DNA of 64,000 nucleotides. It comes from Azolla caroliniana (lineage: Eukaryota; Plantae; Polypodiophyta). The stretch is from the NCBI GenBank assembly GCA_043228905.1, contig JBHGNT010000003.1:5580001-5644000 (forward strand), in the 5' to 3' direction. Both the position numbers and the translations under genes were made by a program. The number at the start of each line of letters is the position of its first letter. Positions within the stretch are counted from its first letter, which is position 1. Positions 13,901-24,800 of this stretch are shown in pieces. A model generated the notes under the pieces. That model did no database searches. It saw only the letters and a program-made list of their open reading frames with translations, and was not told the DNA's origin.

Positions 13901-14079
13901 CTATGAGCTGCTCGAAGCTCCTCCCCTTCACGTCGGACGGTCGAGCCTTCGACAGAACTCGTGGGACTTTGTCCTCATTGTAATGGTCAACTCGTTCGAC
14001 CTCGCCCACGACGATGCGCCGCTTCTCAACTCCTCTTCTTGAAGTCTTCGGCCTCCTACTCCATTCTCCCTCGCCACCT

Positions 14080-14097
14080 TTCACGTCGGGTTCACCA
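14080..14097 (-). other. Primer-binding site complementary to tRNA-Trp
   Basis: Plus-strand TTCACGTCGGGTTCACCA equals the 3' 18 nt of plant cytosolic tRNA-Trp (recalled from memory), 4 nt from the LTR end. Confidence 0.8.
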
Positions 14098-14706
14098 AAT
14101 ATGTCGCGGTTATCCGCGTTTGCATGTCGGATCCAGGCGGGACCACCGGGGTCATGGACCGGGAGTGGAGTTTCCGGAGGACCGAATTCTCCTAAGCTTG
14201 ACGCGTCGCCGACCAGTTCGGATCCGGATGGTGTCCAGGTCAGACCTTGCCGGCCGGCTCCGGTTTCTTTCCGGATGCGATCGGTGACCGCTTGTGAAGT
14301 GAGAAGGCGCGCACCCATTCTTACCGCCCTTCTATCTATATGTACAAGGGCCCCAAAACAGGCATGGGTCACGACCCGGATAACTGTGATTGCACACACA
14401 CACGCACACATATACACTTGGTTACGCCTAGCTCCTCTATACTGGCAACAACGCACGCACCCGAAACCAAACCCTAAGCTAACCAGAGGCACCCGCATAT
14501 ATATGTACACGACGCCAGTCCCACATGGAGAGGAAGAGGGATCCGGCATCCCAGGACCGATCGAGAAGCACCCGTGCGTGTTCGCACAACAGGATCCTCG
14601 TTCAGGGCACCTCTCCACTCTAACCATCTCCGGTCGCCAAGCCGCTTGCCAGGAGCACTCGGGTTCGCCGGCTTGAATGGGTCTTGCACGAAGAGGAGGG
14701 GAACAC

Positions 14707-14838
14707 GAAGTCGATGTGAGGGACTTTTTTGAACCTTAAGCATGTATTCAACAACCCTTTCCATGGCCATGATCTCAATGGGAAGCGATCCCGTCTCAAG
14801 GAGGAGCAGGGTGTAGGGCGTTTGTTTCTTAACTTGTA
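14707..14838 (-). mobile_element. Short LINE (RTE-like) ORF fragment
   Basis: Translates KKQTPYTLLLLETGSLPIEIMAMERVVEYMLKV, resembling the post-RT region of RTE-type non-LTR elements. It sits between the two truncated LTRs. Confidence 0.45.
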
Positions 14839-16512
14839 GAAACTTGTATATTACATTAACAAAACATCCAACAGTAACTAAGTTACAATGAGTTGGTTTA
14901 TATACCAACTAAGCTAGGGCAAGTGCCCTTTCTACTATTTACAAAATTAGCTCGATATGTCCATGAGCTAGTGTGAGTTGAGTTTGATTCTCAACATGAA
15001 TTCCCTCATGAATTCAAGTATCAAGAGATGGATAAAACTATGGATCAGGAGATGTCAATATTTATTTACATACACTTATAATGGGTTAGATGCAACAAAA
15101 ATTCTATAGTTACATGTAATGTATAATTCTAGGCATTTGCTTAGTAATTGAAATTTCATTGCATTCAACATATAATCCTAAGCATTTCGATAGTAATTGT
15201 GAGGAATCAGAATGGAGCGACGAAGCATAGGAGTCAAGATATTGATTGGTAGCTCCTGCTCCATGGAGTTATCTAGAGTAAGGATATACCATCATTCCAT
15301 ACATCAAGAAAGTGCACAAGAAACAGAACCCAAAATACGTATATTCCATCATTGGCAACGATTGTTATATTGACTATTATGAACAAAAAGATGAAATGAA
15401 TAATCATGAATGGTCCCATCTTGTGTTCAGATCCATTTGATATGGAGTTAAGAATTATTGATGATGATGATAATGGTGGTGAGTCTGATGCAGATTGCTT
15501 GTTATAGATACATATACAGATAATGTGTAGCATCATTCATACTGCGAGATTCTAGAAACCTTTGACTTTTATTCTCAACTCCGTTATTACCGTTCAATTG
15601 TGAATAAAATAAAAAGTTTCATTCTCTCACTCCTTTCTTTTCTAAATGTCATGAATGTCAACGAATGGAGGGTGTGTGATATTTTAGATAAAGTGCCATA
15701 AATGGTCCCATCTCGTGTTCACATCCGTTCGATATGGGTTGGCAATTTGCATGTCATATGTTGTTGGTACTCACTAGGTGCCCTTTGTAAGTCATAACAA
15801 TGGAAAAGCATCAATGGCTAGCACACGAGCACACACACACATATGTATAGAGTTGGTAGTTCTCCTATGCATTATTGCAAGGGCAACATCATCACGAGGG
15901 TTTGACCAAACTTGAGTGTACTTTAAGCTTTTAAGGATAGTATCTTGTTCCCACCAAACTTGAGTGTACTTTAAGCTTTTAAGGATAGTATCTTGTTCCT
16001 AGATACCCCTAGTTGCAAACACTACAATTACTAGAAGAACATGAATCGTCCTCTAGATCCTAAAAATTTGATTATGGCTTGAGGTACAAACATGTTTTTG
16101 TATGTATATTGGTGATTTTGGAACTCCTTTTTTGACACTCTTTTGATCGTGATAGATTTGTGTAGTCAAGCAAAGTACACTCCACAAATCCTTTCTCTTG
16201 TGAAAGCGTTAGTTAAAAAAGAAAAACTCCAAGGAATGGACCCTTGCCCAACCATTTAAATAGGTTGCTTTAGTTTGAGATGGGTTGAATTTCTCATGTC
16301 GATGGCCCAATAACTTTTAAGCACACAAATGATAATTAGCACAAGGATTGTGCAAGATGGTAATGGAAATTTATGTCAAACATTTAAATATCCATGCATT
16401 GAATTGGAATGTAGGGAATTGAAACATTTAAAAAACAGTGTGATTTGAAAAGGAGGCATTCTAGATATTTGGCGACCAAGACCTCATTAGTAGAAGGCTG
16501 TACGCGAACTAC

Positions 16513-16520
16513 TATAAATA
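16513..16520 (+). promoter_or_regulatory. TATA box of the CHS gene
   Basis: TATAAATA ~155 bp upstream of the CHS ATG, followed by a CA-rich leader. Confidence 0.55.
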
Positions 16521-16610
16521 ACCCAAAACCTGATCTTCAAAAGCAAACGATAGGGCACACAACACACACAAAGGCTTCTACTGCTACCAACATCACATCA
16601 CAGCCATATC

Positions 16611-16645
<35 letters not shown>

Positions 16646-16668
16646 GGCATCTCATATAGTTATTAACA

Positions 16669-18063
16669 ATGGCATACAATTACAATCTAGACGATCACAC
16701 CTCTCCCCTTGGAGCTTATACTAGGCGGATCGTGGAACGTTCGGATGGCCCTGCCACCGTGCTCGCCATCGGTACGGCCGTCCCACCCAACGTCTTCCTC
16801 CAGAAGGATTACCCCGATTTCTACTTCGACATCACTGACAGCAACCACCAGACGGAGCTAAAGCACAAGTTCAAGCGCATGTGTAAGTAGTAATAGTAGT
16901 AGTATAAGATCCCCGCCGCCACATTCCGACAAGTTTGCCATGTATGTTTATTGATTGCCACAGGCGAGAAGTCATGCATCACGAAGCGTCACCTCCACCT
17001 GAATGAGGAGATCCTTCGTGCCAACCCCAGCATCTGCGGTTACTGGGAGAAGTCACTGGACGTGCGCCAGGACATTGTGGTGGTGGAGGTGCCCAAGCTC
17101 GCCAAGGAGGCGGCGGCCAGGGCCATCAAGGAGTGGGGCCAGCCCAAATCCAAGATCACCCATCTTGTCTTCAGCACCACATCCGGTGTCGACATGCCTG
17201 GCGCCGATTGGGCGCTCACTAAGCTCCTGGGCCTCCGGAGCTCTGTGAAGCGCCTCATGCTCTACCAGATCGGATGCTATGGTGGCGGCACTGTTCTACG
17301 CATTGCCAAAGACCTGGCTGAAAACAACAAGGGTGCCCGCGTCCTGGTTGTATGCAGCGAGATCACCGCCATCACATTCCGTGGTCCCAGTGACACGCAT
17401 CTGGACAGCCTGGTGGGCCAAGCCCTGTTCGGTGACGGTGCGTCGGCCGTGATCGTGGGTGCCGACCCCGTGGCAGAGGTGGAGACGCCCTGGTTCCAGC
17501 TGCACTGGACAGGCTCCGAGATCCTGCCGGGTAGCGACGGTGCCATCGAGGGCCACTTGCGCGAGGTGGGCCTCACATTCCACCTCCTCAAGGACGTGCC
17601 CACCATCATTTCCAAGGACATAGGCAGGGTGCTTGAAGGGGCCTTCGCCCAAGTGTTTGGTACATCATCATCATCATCATCAGGGGATGATGATGATAAT
17701 GCCCCCCTCCCAAGCTACAATGACATGTTCTGGGTGGCACACCCGGGTGGCCCAGCCATCCTGGACCAGGTGGAGCTGAAGCTAGGGTTGACGACGGAGA
17801 AGCTGGCGGCGAGCCGGCACGTGCTGGATCAGTACGGCAATATGTCGAGCGCGTGCGTGCTCTTCATATTGGACCAAGTGCGCCGGTCGTCGGTGGCGAG
17901 GGGCGCGGCCACGACCGGTGAGGGGCAGGAATGGGGTGTGGTCCTGGGGTTCGGGCCGGGCCTCACATGTGAGACTGTGGTCCTCCGAAGCCTTCCTCTC
18001 CCAAGTCCCGCTCAGCAGCTCCGCATCCCTCCTCTCCCTGCACTTGAAGTGGCAGTAGAGTAA
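16669..18063 (+). CDS. CHS: Chalcone synthase / type III polyketide synthase, 437 aa; exons 16669-16882 and 16964-18063
   Basis: Conserved GT-AG intron (16883-16963) in the Cys codon of KRMC. Catalytic Cys ([10 protein letters not shown]), His (AHPGGPAIL) and Asn (YGNMSSAC) are present, as are [19 protein letters not shown] and the GFGPGLT signature. Confidence 0.95.
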
Positions 18064-18816
18064 TGTAGTAGAAAAAATTAATAGTAATAATAATGTTATG
18101 CCTCAACATGGCAGCCGCAGAAGTTGCCAATCTATCCCGCATTTCTCCTGTACAAAGGCTTTTGTTAATTGAATTGACTAAGCAAAAGTATAATAATAAT
18201 ACAATAGTGTGGCCCAAAAAGATGGCAATGCATCCAGCATTTGTTTGAGTACAAAGGCTTTTCTTAAATGGATAAGCAAATTATAATAATATAATTCTGG
18301 AATGGATTTTATTTGGTCAATCTAAATTCAGCACTCTACTGTGTAACACTCTTTCTTTAACAAGTAACATCATGCTACTTTTAATGGAATGCCCCACCAT
18401 TAAGTCTTGGATACCATGAAGCCTCACCCCCCCAAGATGGACAATCTCAATGGGGTTTAATATTGTTATGTGCCAAGAAAACCTATGAGTTAACAATTCT
18501 AGATGCGGCTGTCAAAGTTGTACTATTGGACCAACCAAGCATGGTGACTATCCAAAACCCTTGGTATGAGCTATAAAAAAGAGAAGATTGAACAAGGGGG
18601 TATGGTGCATGGGGGTAGACTAACAGAGCTGATGCCATCTCGAACACCATGATGTTCGAATGCTTGTCTCACGAAAATGGCCATTCCTTGGTTTACTATT
18701 GGTACCTTTGGTGCTTACTAGAGAGAGAGAGTGTGTGTGTGTGTGTGATACTATCGTGGCACCTTTGTCATGATGTGGGGGGAGCGTATATGAGGAAATA
18801 AGTTAAACTAGGATTA

Positions 18817-19281
18817 TGTTAAGCAAGCAAGCTCAACTCGAGCAAATCGACTGAAGAAGCTAGAACCGAATTAGTAATAGACCAAATCGGAAGAGCCGAG
18901 TACCGTGAGTCATGTGGTGAGAGACTCAAGTGAGCCAACAGTAGACTATATTCCTAGTTTAGTAAATAGGAATATTATACACAGAATTAGTGTCAGGCTT
19001 ATTTATGAGTGGTCAAATACTGACAGTACTTATGTCAGCCCACTCGTCGAGGGCTAGTATAAAAAGTGCTCACTAAGCACGACGTATGTACAGAGAAGTA
19101 TTGTGTTGTCTTGTGTAATAGAGTTTGTTGTCTGCGCTCTCTATGTCTCCCTCTTTTTCTCTGTGATTTCCGTGCTTTACTGAATTGTCACATTTTTGAA
19201 CATCACAGCGTACTCCGTGTCTGTTTACGCACACGCTCCGCACACGAATCCTTTTTCATGGTGTCAGAGCGTGAGGGTTAA
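18817..19281 (+). mobile_element. Truncated copia element: LTR plus PBS
   Basis: TGTTAAGCAAGC...TTTTCA (18817-19258) followed by TGGTGTCAGAGC, a one-mismatch tRNA-iMet PBS. The LTR resembles those at 45774 and 58719-59140. Confidence 0.75.
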
Positions 19282-19285
19282 GTCT

Positions 19286-20355
19286 CCTTGCAATATTTTC
19301 TTGTAACTTTGAAATTTTAGAGACAGGTTGAACAATTTGTACAATGCCCATGACATCCCCATTAGACCATATCTTCATTTGTCAAGCATTAGTGTTTAAA
19401 ACATAGACCAAATCAATTGGTGACCCGAAGTGCTGATTTTAAGTGTAGGCATTACAGTACAATTATTTTCGCTTCTTTTTGGACAAAGCATCTTCTAAAA
19501 TCATTTTGTAAGAGCAAATAAGAAGATATTGATGTAAGTTTTTGTAATGAATGCAACAATAAATAATTACTTGGGTTTGAATCCAATGATATTGCTTCAT
19601 ACAACATTTTTTAAAAAGCATCATCTTTACAGATTCAAGATTACCAATTTTACTGAGTTAAAATGTGAATTTATAAATAATATTTTGAGGGAACACCATA
19701 AGCCTATGGAATGATTCATAAAAATAGTTTATTTCTACTTTATTGACAATGTGCAACAATCTCCATCCAACAATACAGAACAACGAGCAAGACACACAAG
19801 TCATTAGAACCTGACTTAGAGGGCAGGAAACCACGATCCAACCATACGACTTCTCTTCCTTTGTGAAATTAAATTGCGCTGGTTCCTCCAGGCTCCACAG
19901 TTGCTTCTCGATACGACGATTTGGATCTAAAGAAGAGCAACGAGTTTAAATGGCGCTGGTTCCTCCACAGCTGCTTCTCGATGCGACGATTTGGATATAA
20001 AGAAGAGCCACGAATTTCAAAGGAAAGCGCCTTATTATGCCTTCTATAGTGAGGACGACGGCTACCAATTTCGAAGAAAGGAAGGCGCGACCGAGAAAGT
20101 GCATCCACAACCGCAGCAGTAGCAGATCGGCTTAATTCACCCCTCTGGCTACCTAATTGAAGGCTGTATAATTGAGGAGGTGAGGAAGGGATGGCTGTCT
20201 CCGCTTCCTCCTTCTTTGGCGGTCCTACTAGGCTATCCATGAAATCCATTAGCTCCTCCTCTGTCATATCTTTCTTCCTAAACCTGTCTACTAAAGAGAG
20301 CTCTTTGAGCTTCCGCCAGTGGCGCAGGAAACCAGTGCTCCTTCTCCAGTCAATG
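19286..20355 (-). pseudogene. Partial duplicate of the 3' end of the intact Roco gene (fused C-terminal LRR module plus 3' flank), copy C
   Basis: 19286-19845 matches 20945-21612. 19869-20355 encodes DWRRSTGFLRHWRKLKELSL...EEELMDFMDSL...LWRNQR, matching 21850-22238, with an internal ~70-bp tandem duplication. Confidence 0.85.
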
Positions 20356-21821
20356 GGAACAATAAGACGTATATTCCATCATTGACAACGATTGATGTAT
20401 GCACTATTATGAACAATAAGATGAGAAATGAATAGACAGAGAGACAGAGAAACAGAGCACCAAATTTCTTCGACTGTTTTTTTTTATTTTAACTTTTTGA
20501 TGCAAAAGTATATGGAGTCCATATATATTATTTGATTCTACTCGACGCAAGATAGCTAAATGGCTAGCTATAGTTAGAAGTGACCTGCTGATCTATGCAT
20601 GTGAGGTCCACATGTAACAACATATTGTGACTTTGAACATCATCTCCTGTGGTAGTGTTCATTTCTATGATTGATCGTCTATAATCTAACAACTAATCAG
20701 CCACTCAAAGTATCATCCTATCTACGATAGGCATTCTCCATGTCGGCTTATCTATGATCTAGCAATAGTTTTTCATCCTTCATTGAAAAAATCTATGTTG
20801 AAATCAGTTGTATCATTCTTTGATCTCATAGTAATAGGCTGAGCAATGGTGCACATATTCAATCTATGGCAAAGCAATGCCCATTCTCAAAGCTAGTATA
20901 GAACTAGGTGGAAAATTTACATGTGCCATTCAATTGCATTTCTACCTTGCAATATTTTCTTGTAACTTTGAGATTTTAGAGACAGGTTGAACAATTTGTA
21001 CAATGCCCATGACATCCCCATTAGACCATAGATTCTTCGTTTGTCAAGCCTTAGTGTTTAAAAAGTAAAGGTAACTCAAAATTTCCTTTATTTCCCTGGA
21101 TGACCAAGGGTGTTAGCCAATTTAAAGGAAACCCATAGGTATTCTAGAGCTCAAGATTAAAACATAGACCAAATCAATTGGTGACCCAGAGTGCTGATTT
21201 TAAGTGTAGGCATTACAGTACTATTATTTTCACTTCTTTTTGGACAACACATCTTTTAAAACTATTTTGTAGGAGCAAATAAGAAGATATTGATGTAAGT
21301 TTTTGTAATGAATGCAGCAACAAATAATTACTTGGGTTTGAATCCAATCGTATTGATTCATAGAACATTTTCTAAAAACCATCATCTTTACGTATTGAAG
21401 AGTACCAATTTAACTGAGTTAAAATGTGAATTTATAAATAATATTTTGAGGGAACGCCATAAGCCTATGGTATGATTCATAAAAATAGTTTATTTCTACT
21501 TTATTGAGAATGTGCAACAATTTCCATCCAACAAGAGAGAACAAGAAGAAGACGAGCAAGAGACACAAATCATTAGAACCTGACATAGAGGACAGGAAAC
21601 CATCGATCCAACCATTGGATGTGAGTTTCTTGATGGCATGAACAACCCCTCAGAATTTGCAGCTCAATCGAAGTTTGTATGGCTGTCTATTGGACGGAAC
21701 AAACAAACAAACACCTACGGGACGGGATTTTTATGTGTACCACTTTTTTTCTTCTCTCCTTTTGTTCTCACTTCTTCACCTTAGAACGCCACAGTTTATC
21801 CTCTTGAATATAAGGGTCTTT

Positions 21822-24800
21822 CTAAGTATCATTAGGACTTCCTTCTGAAATTAAATTGCGCTGGTTCCACCACAGCTGGTTCTGGATGCGACGATTTCGA
21901 TGTAAAGAAAAGCCACCAGGTTCAAAGGAAGACAACATGCTACGATAGGAATTCAGGGAACGAATTTCGAAGAAAGGAAGGCCGGAGCGAGAAAGTGCAT
22001 CCACCACTGCAGCAGTAGCAGATTCGCTTAATTCCTTCTCTTCCATGAGACCTAATTGAAGGCTGTATAACTGAGGAGAAGATGAAATGAGGACTGTCTC
22101 CTTCTTTGGCGGTCCTAGTAGGCTATCCATGAAATCCATTAGCTCCTCCTCTTTCATTGGACTCCACATACTCTCTAGAGAGAGCTCTTTGAGCTTCGGC
22201 CAGTTGCGCAGGAAACCAGTGCTCCTTCTCCAGTCAATGCGTAAGTATTCCAGGTGCAGCCTCTGGAGAGAGGCTGCGAGGGGTGAATGCGAGGGATGAA
22301 GGTCCGCCAATCTCGGCACAAACTCTTCGGGTATGTTCACATCGTGAAGGTGGAGGGAGGTGAGGGAGGTGAAGTCGCGGAACACCTCCACGTACGTATC
22401 GCTCATCCACATCCTCTGAAGGGAAAGATGTTTGAGGCGTTTGTTTCTCTGTAGGGCTCTCAGAAGAGCACGAACATCCCTGAATTTAATTGAGTCGATG
22501 AGGAGGGTGCTGGGGCCCGCATGACGATCTGCAGCGAGAGAGAGAGCCTCCACCCAACCCCTCTCCTCCTCTTTCGTGAGTTTACTATCAAAATCCAAGA
22601 GGAGATGGACAGCTTGTCCGGTGAGATTGGCGGCAGCCGTGAGGATGGCCATCCGTTCCGCAGTAGGCATATCATCTCCTAAATCCACCATCATGTCTCT
22701 GCTGCCCCATTCCCAGGCTCGTTCTCCCTTCTCGTTTGAATCTGCATATGACCAATATCTTAATAATCTGGGGTTTCGTAGTGTATTCTTCTTACCGATG
22801 AGGAACAGGTTCTCAACATTAGTTAGATGAAAGAGTTTCTGCCGCAACTCATGATAAGCATTAGTAGATTCCAAAGTACTCGACAACTTCTTCAAACTAA
22901 ACTCAGGATAAGCATTAGTAGCTTCCAAACTGATCGACAATGGCTTCAAACTATCAAGAGCTGCTCTTGATTTCTTGCACGCCTCTATAACTTCATTGCG
23001 TTCCCACCTCATATTGATGAACCGGTGAGGGGATGGAAGCTTTTGATGATTATGAGGTTGCAGGGATGCAGCCTCCCCATCCTTCCTAGGTCGCATTTGG
23101 TGGTGTGCCTCACATAACCATGCAACTTGAGAACTCCCGCTGATTTTATCATCATAAATTGCTCGCCTGAGACCGAACCTCTCAACTATGTTTTGGTCCG
23201 TCAAGCCTCCATTTTCCACCAAGACGGATGCCAACCACTTTTGGCATTCATTAAAACATTCTATCATCGTTGGACATTGGGAAGACACTGTTGAAGAGGT
23301 AGATATATCCTTTATTGATTCAATAGTACTTGATAGCAGAGGATACTTTTTGGCCAGTTCACGATGGCTACTCCAATCAGGTATGGAAGAGTTTGGAAGG
23401 GGATCAATAGAATCAATACCCAGTATCATGGCCACACTCAAAACATAAAAGAAACCATTGATATATGAAAGAGCTTTGGAGAGACACTCTGATTGAGATT
23501 TTGACCAGGAGGTGTGGGTGATGCCAGGTTGGTTTTGCACAGGGTGTGGAAGTATGTGATCCTCACAATACAATTGGATTCTCACCGATGTCACTCCTGA
23601 GAGTGAAGTCACCGGATTAGCTTTTCCGTTGTCACCATTGGTCGTAAGGATGGTGACACGAGGGAGTTGCTTCTCATACTCTTTCTCCATAGGGAGCTTC
23701 AACAACTTACTTATAGATTTCTTAATCTTGTTCATCACATCCTTCCGCACACATTGGAAGTTTTCATGTATTTCCCCTAGCTTCTCATTGATTTCGCTTA
23801 CCCTCTTGTCTTCCTCTAAGATCTCATTATTAGTGTTACCCACCTTTTTCTGTAAATTTGAGATGGCCTTGACCACAAACTGGCTAGATTGTACCTCAAT
23901 TGCATCTTCTGATTCTACCTTTACCATGAACTTGCTGCATTGTACCTCAATTGCCTCTTCTAATATTTGACGCTCTTGCACCAGGTTACTATTTATGCTG
24001 GTGATGGTCAAATTTGGATGACTCTGGGGTTGCTCAAGTACGTTCTCTTCATCATTCCTCAACAATCCATCCCCAGATACTAGTTCTAACCATGCTTTAC
24101 ATGAAATAACAACTCCCCAATAGTTCTCAAAACCGAGGAGATCAATTAAATCATAATTCGTTTGAGGACAAGACATATGTGTATTGCACTTCCAATCATA
24201 ACATTCTGACTCCCCTCGTTCAAGCTTTTCTCTTAGTTGTTGCTTCAAATAACTTATTTGCATGCATTGATCTTCTCTGTCTTGTGCCCTTGATGGATCA
24301 AGTAAGCATTCGGGTCGGATGACGCTCTCTATTAACTTCACCCCTTGGATGCCGGTGGGTTGAGCTAGTATTGTAATCAAGCTGTTAATAATATGCTTCT
24401 CTACGTAAGCTAAGGTTCTTGGCATATCTTCTAAATTTTCAGTATTGTTTACAGCTTGAACCAACACATCTATGACATAGTTTGATTTTGCTTGGCACAA
24501 CACCACAATGACTTCCTTGTTTGGAAAACGGATGGATATGGAATCTTTCCTAAGCGTGATGTTAGCATTCGATTGGAATGCATTGTTAAATAAGATTTGA
24601 ATCCTAGGAAAGGTTCCTGGTGTAAAAAAAGTAAGGTCTTTATTTTCGCACTCTAGCCTTCGACCCCTATACACGAAAGTATCATTATCATCTAAGTTGC
24701 AAGTTGCTAGCAATGAAGCCCATTGAAGATGTTGCACACCCACATTCGCCAATATGGCTGGGATAAAGATAAGATCCACATTGCCTTGAGAGACACCATG

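Larger units (their letters stand above)
9793..14706 (-). mobile_element. Nested non-autonomous Gypsy-like LTR element primed by tRNA-Trp
   Basis: 3' LTR 9793-11515 (TGTCG...CGACA) with a PPT-like TTTGGTGGGGGCGGA on the minus strand at 11516-11530. 5' LTR from 14102, truncated at ~14706. PBS at 14080-14097. The GC-rich repetitive internal region has no recognisable RT or IN motifs. Confidence 0.75.
9332..14996 (-). mobile_element. Degenerate LTR retrotransposon (copia-type LTRs) with 5-bp TSD, hosting nested insertions
   Basis: Left LTR TGTAAAG...CTCAACA at 9332-9633; partial right LTR at ~14840-14996 also ending CTCAACA; TSD TGAAT at 9327-9331 and 14997-15001. Confidence 0.85.

Noticed and set aside
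9746-14676. Many overlapping 100-340 aa ORFs on both strands
   Set aside because: They arise from GC-rich LTR and internal repeat sequence and contain no recognisable domains.
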